64,000 bases of DNA from Pseudovirgaria hyperparasitica (taxonomy: Eukaryota): assembly GCA_010093815.1 (NCBI GenBank), contig ML996584.1; one strand, 5' to 3'. Shown here piece by piece: positions 1 through 12,469 of this stretch. How positions within the stretch are numbered: position 1 is the stretch's first letter; each line of letters begins with the position of its first letter. The position numbers were made by a program, and so were the translations under genes. The notes under the pieces are model-generated. The model was not told the origin of the DNA and did no database searches. It was given only the letters and a program-made list of their open reading frames with translations.

Positions 1-1290
1 AGAGGCATAACGGTATTCGTGGGGGAATTGTCTATATTAGTAATTATAGGCGCACCTATCTTTAATACTACTCTAATATTAGTATCTAGAACCATATATA
101 TATATATATGTCTAAGTATACTAGCTACGTCGTCTTCTATTTTAGTATCTTCTATATTCTCTTTCTCCGTATGTTCCGACGGTAACTATAACTATATCTC
201 TATAGNNNNNNNNNNTCTAAGTATACTAGCTACGTCGTCTTCTATTTTAGTATCTTCTATATTCTCTTTCTCCGTATGTTCCGACGGTAACTATAACTAT
301 ATCTCTATAGCTAGTGTGTTTGCGCGTAGATAAGCTTCGCTAGGCACGACGATATTTATAGATAGATTATCTATATCGGTAGTTATAGCCGTACCTATCT
401 TCGATACTACTCTAATATTAGTATCTAGGACCATGTATATATATATATATNNNNNNNNNNTTATAGATAGATTATCTATATCGGTAGTTATAGCCGTACC
501 TATCTTCGATACTACTCTAATATTAGTATCTAGGACCATGTATATATATATATATCTAAGTATACTAGCTGCGTCGTCTTCCATTTTAGTATCTTCCACG
601 TTCTCTTTCTCCGTATATTCTAATAGTAACTATAACTATATCTCTATAGCTAGTATGTTTACACGTGGATAAGCTTCGCTAGGCACGACGATATTTATAG
701 ATAGATTATCTATGTCGGTGGTTATAACCGCGCCTATATTCGATACTACTCTAATGTTAGTATCTAGAACCGTGTATATATATATGTGTCTAAGTATACT
801 AGCTACGTCGTCTTCCATTTCAGTATCTTCTATATTATCTTTCTCCTTATATTCTAGCGGTAACTATGTCTACGTACCTATACCTATAGTATCTATATCT
901 AGTTTAGCCTCTATTATATCTATGGTCGTAACCGTCGGTACTAACTTACTATTTATAGCCGCGATATGCTAATTGAATTCTCTAGTAACGGTTTCCTTAA
1001 CTATCCTATAGAGTATAGTAGTATCTATACTACTAGTTTTAAGCTCTATTACTACTTCTTTACTTACTATCTTAATAATAGTAGCCCTATATATATTATA
1101 ACTTATTTTAGATATTAGGTATGGGCCTCGGAGGTACTAGATGTAAGGTAGGAGGGCGCTAACGCTTAAGGCCTCCGCACGTTATATATACGTATTACGG
1201 TTAGCTATTCTATAGCTAGTAGTTAAACTAGGATAGTCGTAACTCTCGTTATGTCTATCTATTTCTATATACGACTTAGGCCATAGGTAG
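1..1290 (-). pseudogene. RIP-degraded unknown gene with 78-aa (234-bp) tandem repeats; runs off the window start
   Basis: Continuous minus frame (...HIAAINSKLVPTVTTIDIIEAKLDIDTIG...EDTEMEDDVASILRH...) with only TAA/TAG stops. 234-bp period (CTAAGTATACTAGCT at 556 and 790). Confidence 0.5.
30..870. repeat. 234-bp tandem repeat (~3.5 real copies; contains two 10-N scaffold gaps)
   Basis: Unit recurs at 111/216, 555 and 789. N gaps at 206-215 and 451-460 are each flanked by identical 95-bp overlaps. Confidence 0.85.
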
Positions 1291-2099
1291 TAAGACGGCG
1301 TTAATAGCGATAAGATATAAAAACTAGATTTAGGCGGTAGAAGTTAAGTCGCCACGTTTAGTAATTATAATATAATTTCGATAAGTGCGGAGGAAGTAAA
1401 GTATATAAGTAAATGTTTAATTATTAGAGTGGATCTTATACGATTACAGTCGTAGTAATAATATAGCTAGTAGGACCGGGCGTATCCCGACATGAACTAG
1501 ATAGACGCCGGCTTATACTAGTATTGTAATATCTTAACTAAATATATATACTATAGTTATATAGCTAGTAGAATCGGGCATATACTAATATATAGTAGGT
1601 AGAAGCCGTCTTACGTCGGATCGTATCGCCTTAGCTAAGTACGCACGCTACTCTTACTACCTCTAGCATCCTTTTCATTATTCTATTAGTCTTTAAAAGC
1701 GATATCTATATCCTCTATATCTAAGGTACTTTTAAGGCTTTCGAAGTTACTATCTTTAGAGCTTATAGATTGGTCTCGCGACTTCCCGGGTACTAATAGT
1801 AGTATATATAGTATTACTAGAGGAAGGGTTAAGTCGTTTAGGTGATGCTATCTACTACCTATAATACTATCTCTATGGGTATCTCTACCGTTATAGGCGG
1901 TGGCTTTCTATTACTATTATTATACTAATTATAGCGAGTATAGTATTAGGGACAGAGGGGCGGATTTATTCGAGTGTAACCTATATATAGCCGTCTATAC
2001 TATCATGTGTTAGTCGCTGGTTTATATTTCGTTTTACTTCGGGTATACTATCTATATCCTATCTAAGGCCGAGGAGTATTATACTATTACTATATTCTA

Positions 2100-2872
2100 G
2101 AATATATTTAATTACTAACTATAGGAGCCATCTAATATCTACCTCTAGTTCCGTTTTACTTATTATATACTTAACTACTAGCATGATAGAATATATAGTA
2201 GCACGGCTCTAGTTAAGTGCCCTCCTAGTCTTCGTTACGTATTAGACTCTAATTTACTATATAAATACTACCGAATTAATACACGAAGCGTCGCTATGGT
2301 CTTTCTACTAGTTAGATATAGGTACTAGTATTTCGAGGAATGCGTTATCGTTAAACCTAATCGTGAATTTGATTTTTCTCGTAGTATATATGTTAGTAGG
2401 CTATAGAACCGCTATAAGTATAGGCTATAAGGTCGTGGTATACGAGAGCTATAAGGTCGTAATAGATAGGGGTTATAAGGTCGCAATAGGCGGAGGTTAT
2501 AAGGTCGTGATAGGCGGGGATTATAAGGTCGTAGAATATAGGGCTATAATTACGCGCCTCTTCTTATACTCGGAGATAGTTTTTCTATAATATACGGTTT
2601 TCTATACTATAGTGCGTACCTAGTCGTAGATATGGTATAGCGCCTTTATCTCTATATACTCTACTACTCTTTCCTATACTACTAGGAATTCGCCCGCTAC
2701 CTTATTAATAATCTTATGTACTCTTTTTACGCCGAGCTCGTTCTTAGTTCGACGTCTATAGTCTACGAGTAGAGTAGCCGTATATACTTCTATATATAGC
2801 TACCTTATACGCGCCTCCATAGCTTCACGCTTTACTTATATATCTAGGCTTAAGATACGAAGTAGTATTATA
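2100..2872 (-). pseudogene. RIP-degraded unknown gene with 21-bp (TTxQPPx-like) repeats
   Basis: One minus frame reads ~255 codons with only TAA/TAG stops. 21-bp repeats GGTTATAAGGTCG.. at ~2420-2535. Boundaries approximate. Confidence 0.5.
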
Positions 2873-3937
2873 GTAATTACTATATTCGGACGGTTACTTT
2901 ATTATAGAATTAGATTTAATATATTAATTATATGTAGTTAACGTGCGTAGTTAATATAGTGTTTATAATTTATGGACTAATTATATAGTATACGCATGGT
3001 ATATCGTAGGCGTAAGAAAGATAGAGGTATAGATCGGACGATAGAGGTAGAAGCCGGAATAACAAGGCACCTACTAGGTAAACCTTGTTTATGTCCTTAT
3101 TATTCCTTAAACACACGTTTATAACACGTACGTAACTTGGCGTGGCGTGGTCGGGCGTGTAGTTATTTACTTTATATTATCTAATACCCTTAATAGAATT
3201 GGATAGCCATGATTCTTATCTTATAATATTATATCATAGGCGACTACGTCTAGGACGGTATATGGCTACGTATATACGAGGTGCCGCGTTAGTCTTATCC
3301 CATTTTATATTCATATACTTATCCCTAGGTACTCTCTAAGTATTATAAGTCTATATTTCGTCGTATTCGAGTGTCGTATCCTTCCATGCTTTTAAAATAC
3401 ATGATATTTAGGTTTACTATATCCCGTATATATCATGGTTAAAGTCTAAAGGTAGAGGCTTTGATTAGGGCGTATATTTTTTTATATTTTCTCTTTAGAT
3501 AGTAATATCTCCCGATATAAAGGCTAGAAGTAGTTTTAAAAGTATAAAGGGGATAACTAAAGGAAGCCTACGTTATTAGGCCGGGGCTCACGGTAGATAT
3601 AGAATTATATTTATTTCTTAATCGGTAGGTACTAGTTAACGTGCCTAGTGGCGCCGTATTATCTAATAGCGCGTCTATACTAGAGTAGACATAATAGAAA
3701 TACCCTTAATGGGTCTTTAATAGAGCTAAACTATCTACCTAGTAGGATATTATAACTATATCTAAAATAGATATAGAGGTATACTTACTAAGAAGCCGTG
3801 ACTAAGTAGCCCTAATATATAAGTCTAATTATATACTATTACTAATTAACTTCTATGTCTTTATATATCGTAATACCGCCGTCTCGGTCGGTATCCTCGT
3901 AGTCTTTATCGTTCTAGCCGCTAGTAGTTACTTCATT

Positions 3938-4022
3938 AGTAGTATTAGCTCTAGTAGTATTAGTTCTAGTAGTATTAGTTCTAGTAGCATTAGCTCTAGT
4001 AGTATTAGCTCTAGTAGTATTA
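3938..4022. repeat. 15-bp tandem repeat (AGTAGTATTAGCTCT, ~5-6 copies) in the helicase C-terminal tail
   Basis: Directly visible tandem array; pentapeptide repeat in the minus frame after the third knuckle. Confidence 0.85.
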
Positions 4023-6570
4023 ACTAGATTATTACTATTTATACGTGCTGGTAATTTAGTACGGCTGGGATAATAACGCTAAGTATAACTAGTAGTCCTA
4101 TAATTATAGTAAAACGTACCCGTAAGCGTCTTGGGTTTAGAGTAAACATTAGCTTTATAGCCGATGTCCTAATAGTTATTATATATAAGCGTCGACCCTC
4201 TTAGATACTTAATAGACTTATATCCTTTAACATTATATTTATAGTAGACTAGCGGCTTACGGGGCTTAGTACCATCGGTAGTTTATTAATCGCTTCGTTC
4301 TCCCCTCTCTCTAATACTAAGTATAGAGCGACCGTATTAGGGATTAGGTATATTAGAGAGTAGAGGGAGGCTATCTAGGTCGGGGGTCGTGCACGTGTAT
4401 ATCGCATGAATCTTAGAGTACTTATTCTATATCTTGCCGAGTACGCCGTCTAGGACTTTCTACCTCTTAAGAGATATAAAGTTAGTAATAATAACTATTA
4501 TCTATTTAGCGCGCGTAATAGTAATAATATTATAGTTTACTTCCGAGAGGAAGCCGAAGCGATTAGTTTAGACTAGGTCGATAAGGACTATATCGTTATT
4601 ATAACCCTAAGAACCGTCCCATGAACGCCATTGGACAAGCTTCTATACCGGCTTAGGTAGGGCATTAAATCGAGCTTTATCCGCTGCGGCAAGTGTAGTT
4701 AGAAGCGAGTTCCTAACTATCCCTTTAAACAGATTACGTTAGGCGGCGTATATAGAAATATAGAGTACGTAATCGAGTGCGACGCTATAATAGAAGAGCT
4801 TAGTAATAATCTACTAAGTGAAACGTAATAAGTCTATATTATATATTAAGTTATTTACCGTGTACACGTGATCCCCGTTAACGTTAGTATATATAACGTG
4901 TTAATAGCCGTAGATTCTAAATATTTATCGAACGGTCTCTGCGAGTAGTATATCGACATTATTTATTATATAGGGCGAGGTCGTTAGCTCACCTAAGTAA
5001 GTAATTAGCGATATAACGTTTATTATCCTAGGAACTAAGCGTTCTAACTCGGTAAGGCGAGTAGTTAGGAAACTATATTATATCTAGCGCTTTATGAAGG
5101 AGATCCTCTAGTTCACGGTCTATATATTAGTACTATTACGCTAGTAGATGTCGAGCTAGCGTAGGTCGCTAATATAAATAAATGTTAGTTACTATTCTAT
5201 AGTAGTATAATTAACGATAATCCTAAGTGTATTACTTTTAAGGATACACGTAGCCTCTTCTATTACGACCAAAATCGGATATATATTATAGACTACCTTG
5301 GCGATATTTATAATATATAGGGTCCCTATATAAATCTAGGCGTGGATAGTAACTAGGTCCTAGGTAGCGAGGTATAGCTTATTTATTCTATTATACTCCT
5401 TCTTAGGCATGTCCTTATTACGAGTATAACGTTTATAGATAGCGCGTAATAGCCGAGCCGTTTCTTTCTCGAAATTCTTAGAGATCTATTTATATTGGTA
5501 TTAAGATTTAACGAGTCTAACGACCTCGAGCGTAATATAACTAGTATATAGTTTCTATAGACGAGCACGGGGATCCGTGCTATATTCCGATAGTCGTTTA
5601 CTATAGTCGGCCTAGGCTTACGCGAGGATGGCACCGCCTATTATATTATTCTAGGTTGGCCCGATAAGAGGGTCGCCGCGACGAGATAGTCTAGCTATAG
5701 TAAAGAAAACCTCTCGATTAACGGCTTCGGGGCATCTTCGAAGAACGACCGGTATCTTTAGAGACTTATAGCGAGTAAATATATTACTTATATATTTATA
5801 TACTTTTCTTATAGCGTCGTTATAGGTTTCGTTAGTTAGGCTAATAATAATATATATATATATCCTATATATTTAGGTGGAACCTAGCGTAGGGAGGTGC
5901 GCTATTATATCGCTAGATAGGATAACTATCTTAGTAGTATAAGCGATAATAGGAGTACCGTTTATTTCGTTAATTAGAAGTATAGCTAGTAGTAGACGAA
6001 GCTATAAATAGCTCTTCCTAGCTTCTCCATAGCCATAAAGTAGAAACTAAGCCCTAAGTACGTCCGTTGCCTATATATAGGTATACCATTATTAGGGAGA
6101 TAGTTCCGAATATATAATATCCTAGAGATCGTGGAATCTTTTATAATCTTTAACGTAGCGGTTATAGTTAACGGGTTAAAGATTCAGGTAGTTATTACTA
6201 AGTATTAGGTTCTATACGGAGGGTAGTAAAGGGGATAGAATACTAGAGTGGACTTTAGACGATATTAGAAGTATATATATATCGGTGATAGGGCTAGTAA
6301 TAGAACCTTCGTCGCTAATAATATTATGACTATATTCTATATTCGTGTCCTTATTATTATCTAGGGATATAGATAATTTAGAAAGAGTAACGAGGGTATT
6401 CTAAGACTCTATACTATAATCTAGAATCTTATCGTTAGGGTTAGGGGACCTATATATTAGAGATATAGATACCGAGTCCATAATAACATTAAGGACTATC
6501 GTATTAAACGCATCCTAAGCGGCGTGGTCGTCTACGCCGCTATCTCTAGAAGCTTATACGGCGTAGTAGG

Positions 6571-6772
6571 TGTAATGGATATAACCAAGGTGTTACTGCA
6601 ATGGTAACCAAGATATATTATGATTTAACTTAGAGAGAATAGGGATAAGCCGTATGGTTATAGCTTTAAGTATAGTCTTAAGCGAGGTCACGTGATACCC
6701 CTATACTAGTCTCCATCCGTCCCGGCTCCGTTATATAATACTAGAGACAAGGCAAAGCCGAAGTCCATAATA
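6571..6772. mobile_element. Solo LTR (202 bp) inserted in the helicase relic
   Basis: Starts TGTAATGGA and ends TCCATAATA (RIP of TCCATAACA), an imperfect terminal inverted repeat. Flanked by the 5-bp TSD GTAGG at 6566-6570 and 6773-6777. Confidence 0.85.
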
Positions 6773-8224
6773 GTAGGTTAGTTTCTAGCACGTATTAATA
6801 CGTTACTTAGTAAGCTTATTATAGGTTTATACGCTAACTAAAGCCGGAACGTCCGTGAACTCTATAAGCGTGGTAAGGGACGACCTAATTATACTTAAAC
6901 TAGTATCGCTAGTCCGAATAAAATGTTTAGGACGAGCTCGAGTTATATTAGTAACCGTATCCATTAATATAATCGGTATCTTAGGTACTTTAGGAGGACG
7001 CCTAACCTTATTAAAGACTTTTAGAGCGAGGCATTCGAATAGGAGGACGCCTAGGCGAAATTAAAGGACTTTAAAGCGGTATACGTCGTTATTATAATCC
7101 TTTAAATCCACTTTAAGGTACCCACGACTACCTAGTTCCATATAATAGAATCCTTTCGTATCGATAGGATAGACGATAGCTAAGAGCGCCCGAGTAATAC
7201 CTAAGAGCTAGATATACCCGACGGTAACGTCTTGGAATTAGAATAATAGGAGATCCGTCTATTCGTCTTATAAGGTACTTATAGCGATATATATTAGGTA
7301 GTCAAATTTCTTATCGAATAACTCGCGGTAGGGAATAGAGATCTAGGGCCAAGTGTCCGGCCTACTTATTATACCGTATTATATATAGGGAGTAATAACT
7401 TCTATATACTATGAATTAATCGGATCGCTCTCTAGTTTAAGCTTATTATTAAAGCTAGTAAGATCTATAGGGTTACGTAGCGGTAGTAAGATACGAACTA
7501 TAGTATAAGTATCTAGATCTTCGAAGAATTGCTTTACTCGTTTATATATTATATCGGGTCCGACATATAATAGAATAGTAAAACCTATACTAAGAAGCTC
7601 GCTAGCTATAAGTTCGATAACCTAAAAGTCGCGAGGGTCTTTATAGAGGCCGGGATTAATATATAGTATATTGGCTTTATCCGCTTCGCTTATAATGAGA
7701 TTAGAAAGTTTAGAAAAATACTTAATGAAGTCGCCTACTTACTTAACCTTAAAGATCTATACTATAGAGTGGTCGGACGATAGGAGGATGTTAGTATAAT
7801 TGAAGCGGAGTAAGCTTATTAAGGATACTAATTTCCCTTCGTTAATCTATTAGAAGTAAGCACGTAACTTAATCTAAGAGCGGTACTTAGGGAATTCAAG
7901 GAATCTATATATATAACTAATCGACTCTTCGAAGCCGTAACCTTTACTATAAGCCTTAAATACTACTAGCTTAAGCTAGGCTTGAGTTTTCGCTTATTTC
8001 TACTTAAGTCTATCTGTTTCTCTACTAATACTATAGACATTCCTAAAGGTTAACTATAGATCGCTCTATATAAGAGAGATCTAATAGATAGCGTAAGTAG
8101 GAACGGGAGCCTTACTACTTTAGACCTTCTTAAGTTTATACTCGTCGTTAGGACGGTAGTTACTAGTAAGTATACTAAAGATAAGTGGTTTATTATCGGT
8201 TAAGATGGTAGTCGTATCGTAAGC

Positions 8225-8570
8225 TTCGACTTAAGTATAAGGCTCGGCTTAAACGTAAGGCTCGGCTTAAACGTAAGGCTCGGCTTAAACGTAAGGATTG
8301 GCTTAAATATAAGGATCGGCTTAAATATAAGGCTTAACTTAAACGTAAGGATCGGCTTAAACGTAAGGCTCGGCTTAAACGTAAGGATTAGCTTAAGCGT
8401 AAGGCTCGGCTTAAACATAAGGATCGGCTTAAGCGTAAGGCTCGGCTTAAACGTAAGGATCGGCTTAAGTATAAGGCTCGACTTAAATATAAGGCTCGGC
8501 TTAAAGGTAAGGCTTAACTTAAGTATAAGGCTCGACTTAAACGTAAGACTCGACTTAAACGTAAGGCTTA
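8225..8570. repeat. 18-bp tandem repeat (GGCTTAAACGTAAGGCTC, ~19 copies) encoding (E/D)PHVQA-like hexapeptides
   Basis: Visible array. The frame GAG CCT TAC GTT TAA GCC is continuous with the helicase frame; the ORF-track FKPSLT frame is a different one. Confidence 0.85.
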
Positions 8571-10079
8571 ATTACGTTAAGCGTAGACTAGTCCTAAACA
8601 TCGCCAAATATAACGAGTTCTTGATCCATATTATAAACTATAAATATAACCTCGTTAACTATTATATGGAATGGACCTTAAGGGTTAATAGAGTCGAGTT
8701 CGACGTAGTATTCGTATATAGTCGTAATTAACACGGAATAAAGTGTAGAAGGTAAGATTTAGGTTTAAAAACTAAGATAAGTAGAGGAAAGGTTTATAGA
8801 AGTTTTCTTTTATAACATAGGGACGACCAAAGGAAGCTAAGATTAATATAGGCTAAAGTAATAGTAGCTTAAGTAGTATATAAAGTGGGGTAGTATACTA
8901 CTATTATATGAGTCTAGTAGCTCGCCGACCGAGTATATAGTATATTATAGAAGGCTATTAAATCGGGGCTTAGGTAAATATAGGTATAAGTAAATAGTAT
9001 TATATAAAAGTTTAACCGTCTGATATACTAACGCTATAGACGCCGAGCCTATCTCCTAAATTCTACGGTAACTATCTCTTCTAGGTAGTAAGATATTACT
9101 AGCCATGCCTTGTCTATTCTATTTATGGTAGAGATACTATATATCCGTTAGTATACTAGCGCACGTGTCTAACTACCGCTTAAATATAACTTGCCTTATA
9201 CTATAATACGTACTATCGAGCCGATGTTATACCGATATTCATGGGTTTATATCTATAAACTCCTCTCCCGTAATATCGAAACCGGTAATATTATCTAGTA
9301 ATAGGACCATATAAGAAGGAGGCGGACTTAGTATATCTAGTTATATATAGACTTCTACTATCGCCTTAATAACTACTACGCTAGTAGGCGCTTCCTCCCC
9401 GGCCCTAAATAGTATATAATATTAGACTTTTACACGTTCGCTCGAACTCTCGAGTGTACCGGTATTATATATTAATTCGTAAGGTAATTAGGTTATAATC
9501 GCTAGTATATTAATATCGACGGGTAGAGTAGGCGGGACGGCGGCGCTCGACTCTCCTAATATAACGTTAGCTAGCTAATAATATAATAGATAAATATACT
9601 AGTCGCGTCGTCATTAACGTCTATCGTTTAAGTAGGTAAAGCGTTAACTACGCCTATATTAAGTAGACTAGGGCGTACCTATATACTATTAATAAAAGAC
9701 CTAAATCTAGTAAGGTATCCGCCGTATATATAATACTATACGTAACTAATAACCGAAAACCTAAGATATATAAATGGTGTTATGTCCACGGAAGAGCGAC
9801 GGTATTATACCGGTATATACCGGATATACCGGCATACATTAGTATACACCGCTTAGTAGTCGTAATATATTAATATATGCCGATATCTATCGGTGTATAT
9901 ATATCTCGAGCTTACCTACGCGCGCTAGATAGATGAATCCCGCTACTATACTTATAGCGCGACGTTCCTATATGGTTAGATTATAGTTAATACGTTATAG
10001 TAGGCTTCTAAATATACCGTTTATATCGCCTACGCGGAAAACCACCCGATCTAGTCCTAAGCCTAGTACCTATTTAATA

Positions 10080-10850
10080 GTCTACTATAATACCTAGTCT
10101 AAACTATCCTTACGAAGGATTATATTACTCGACTCGCTTAGTAGAATCGGGTACTCTAGGTAGACGCGACTATACCTATAACCGCCTATATCCTCTAGTG
10201 CATCCATAGACGAGCTAATAAATTCTAATAGTTTATTTATACTAAGACCTACTATATCGCGTATTTTTATACCCTTAATATTTAACGGCGTCGTGCCATT
10301 CTATATAGCCGTTATTAGTACTAGGGTGACCCGAGTATAATCGCGGATAAGGACTATAGGCATACGTATATAACACGGCGGCACGGCTACCTTAGAAGAT
10401 ATAGATACTAGTGGTCCGACGGTTAAATAACTAGGTTAGCTAGATATATTAGGCGGGTTCGTGGGGTATATATAATATTATAATAGCTTATCTAGCTCGG
10501 GGTATCGTTTTAACGTATATAATAGTATTTAGCCAACCGCCGCTAGTTACGCGTAAATACTAAGAATATAGTATTAAGTTAATACATGGTATCTACCCGT
10601 AAAATAGTATAACTACTGTTAATAAATATATATTTATCTGCGACCGTCTATAGGCAACGCTCTCGTTTTATATGGTAGTCCTTTACTTTCTTACTACGTA
10701 GGTTTAGTAATAGGCTAGTAAATTCCTTCTAAATCAACTCTTCTATGTATACCCGAAGTTTCTACCTATCGGACGCTCTAAATATATAAAGTAGGTCGAG
10801 ACTCGCTTCTACTCGGCTATTTATTCGCGGCTGGCCGGACGTAGCTATAG
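10080..10850 (-). pseudogene. RIP-degraded unknown gene, probably two exons
   Basis: Minus frames (M)ATSGQPRINSRVEASLDLL... and ...ELDKLL..YPTNPP...VYLEYPILLSE... carry only TAA/TAG stops. Function not recognised. Confidence 0.4.
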
Positions 10851-11827
10851 ATAGACGGAATAGGGAATAGTATATATTACTAGGGTAATAGAGAGACGAG
10901 ATATATATACTATATAATAGGTGTAGGTATAACACGTACGTTACGGCTATATTAACGCGAGTAGTCTATATAGTTATTAGTAATAACTCGTTAATTTAAT
11001 GGAGGCGGGGAAATATACGGCCGGTATCCGATCCTATACTAATATAGGGTACGTGAAATAACGACGTTAAATATATAATACTCTATATATAACGTTAAGT
11101 TTACCGGGCGATGGCCCTACTCTAGTAATACTATCTATATATAATAAAAGAGTAGCGTAGTATATAGGTATAATAGGATAGTAGACCGTCTTTACGACCA
11201 CGTGGATCTACCGCTAAAGAGGAATACTATAAGATCTAGTATATACTATTATAAACATACTATTATCTATTATATTTAGGTATACTAACTCGGTATACGC
11301 GAAATATAGATAACCGCTAACCCGTCGTGGTTCGCTATCATTTAAAGCCTAACGAGTAGAACCAAGGAATAAATAGTAGAAATAGTTAGACATAAGAGTT
11401 TTTAGCGATTAGAGGATAGTCTAGGTAGCTTAAGGGAAGGATAGAGGACCTCCGCGAAGCATGTACTTATATAATATTAATATATAAATATTTAAGAGAA
11501 GTACGTAATGCTAACTATTATCTCTATAATAGATTATTATTAATTAGTACTATTATTAAGAAGAGATAGATAAGCGTAATGATAAATAATCGTAGTAGCG
11601 AACCCTTATATTAAACACGAATAATATAACGTATTAGTATAGTATATTTATCTATTACGAGAACGTACATCTAGTTACTATAGTTTCTAACGGTCTATAT
11701 AAGAACGTATACATCGATAATATAGTAATATAAGTCTAACTATACTTATAAGGCTAGGGAAAGAATAAAGGAAGAGGAGGAGAAATATTAGAAGGGGGAG
11801 ATACTTAAGGAAGACGTTTCCCTAGTA

Positions 11828-11965
11828 AGAGCGTTATATACCCGGTATATACTTATTTATACTTATTTATATAGACTCGTTATATACCCGGTACTTATTT
11901 ATTAATAGACTCGTTACGTATCTAATACTTACTTAACCATAGACTCGTTATATGCCCGGTATCTA
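11828..11965. repeat. 34-bp tandem repeat (AGACTCGTTATATACCCGGTACTTA..., 3-4 copies)
   Basis: AGACTCGTTA recurs at 11873, 11907 and 11941, with a degenerate copy at ~11828. Confidence 0.8.
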
Positions 11966-12469
11966 ACGAGGCATAAACGCGAATAACGAAAATATTAGAA
12001 TCGGGTACGAGCTAGGTCTAGTAGGCCTAGAGACATAGTTTAGATTTTAGGGTATTAATATATATAATCTATCTATATTAGGTTAATACTATCCGTGTCT
12101 AGTTCCACCCGTGAATAAGGATTCTTTAAGTTCTATATACCTCTTTTAGAGGCGTAGAGTTTTTATACTAGCTAGTAATTATTAGGTAATAAGGAGGTGC
12201 ATCCCTAGATACTCCTTAGCTAAAATTATAGATAGTCATTAAATATAAGCCTTTTATAGAACTAATCGTAATAAACCACGATTATTCCTTAGAGATATCC
12301 TAGTATAGGATACGACTATCGAGTACTACTATATATAAACTATAACTTCCGCTATATACCGGTATATGCCGGTATACTACGGTAGACGGCGGTAGATAGC
12401 GATAGACTTACGACACGCGCCCGTGTTTTAACGCTACGGTCACGTTTCGTCTATTTATAGCCTAGAAGT

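Larger units (their letters stand above)
3843..8720 (-). pseudogene. RIP-degraded SF1B Upf1/DNA2-NAM7-like (AAA_11/AAA_12) helicase with N-terminal hexapeptide repeats and three C-terminal CCHC zinc knuckles
   Basis: One frame after de-RIP: Q motif ELSPQQ; Walker A LHGYG(E/G)AGKS (6011-6040); Ia IISPTNETCD; II V(M/V)EEAACIPE (5252-5260); III IGDPRQL (5153-5170); ISxYAAQ; V DGSQG..DIVLIDLV (4604-4618); VI GFLSE...AITRAK (4505-4516). Knuckles CYKCNVEGHKSIEC, CNNCQDIGHKANVC and CYNCGTTGHTQRYC at ~4070-4250. Confidence 0.85.

Noticed and set aside
111..555. Perfect 95-bp direct duplications around the two N gaps
   Set aside because: They are identical and exactly flank 10-N gaps, typical of scaffolder k-mer overlaps. 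Removing them restores the 234-bp period, so they are treated as assembly artefacts.
4070..4250. Three CCHC knuckles as LINE ORF1 or gag
   Set aside because: They are in frame with SF1 helicase motifs, and no endonuclease or RT was seen downstream.
6435..6447. TTAGGGTTAGGG telomere-like repeat
   Set aside because: Only two units, and they encode Pro-Asn-Pro-Asn within the helicase frame.
3843..8720. Helitron RepHel
   Set aside because: Motifs V/VI (DGSQG..DIV, GFL...TRAK) are Upf1-type rather than Pif1-type, and no HUH Rep motifs were seen.
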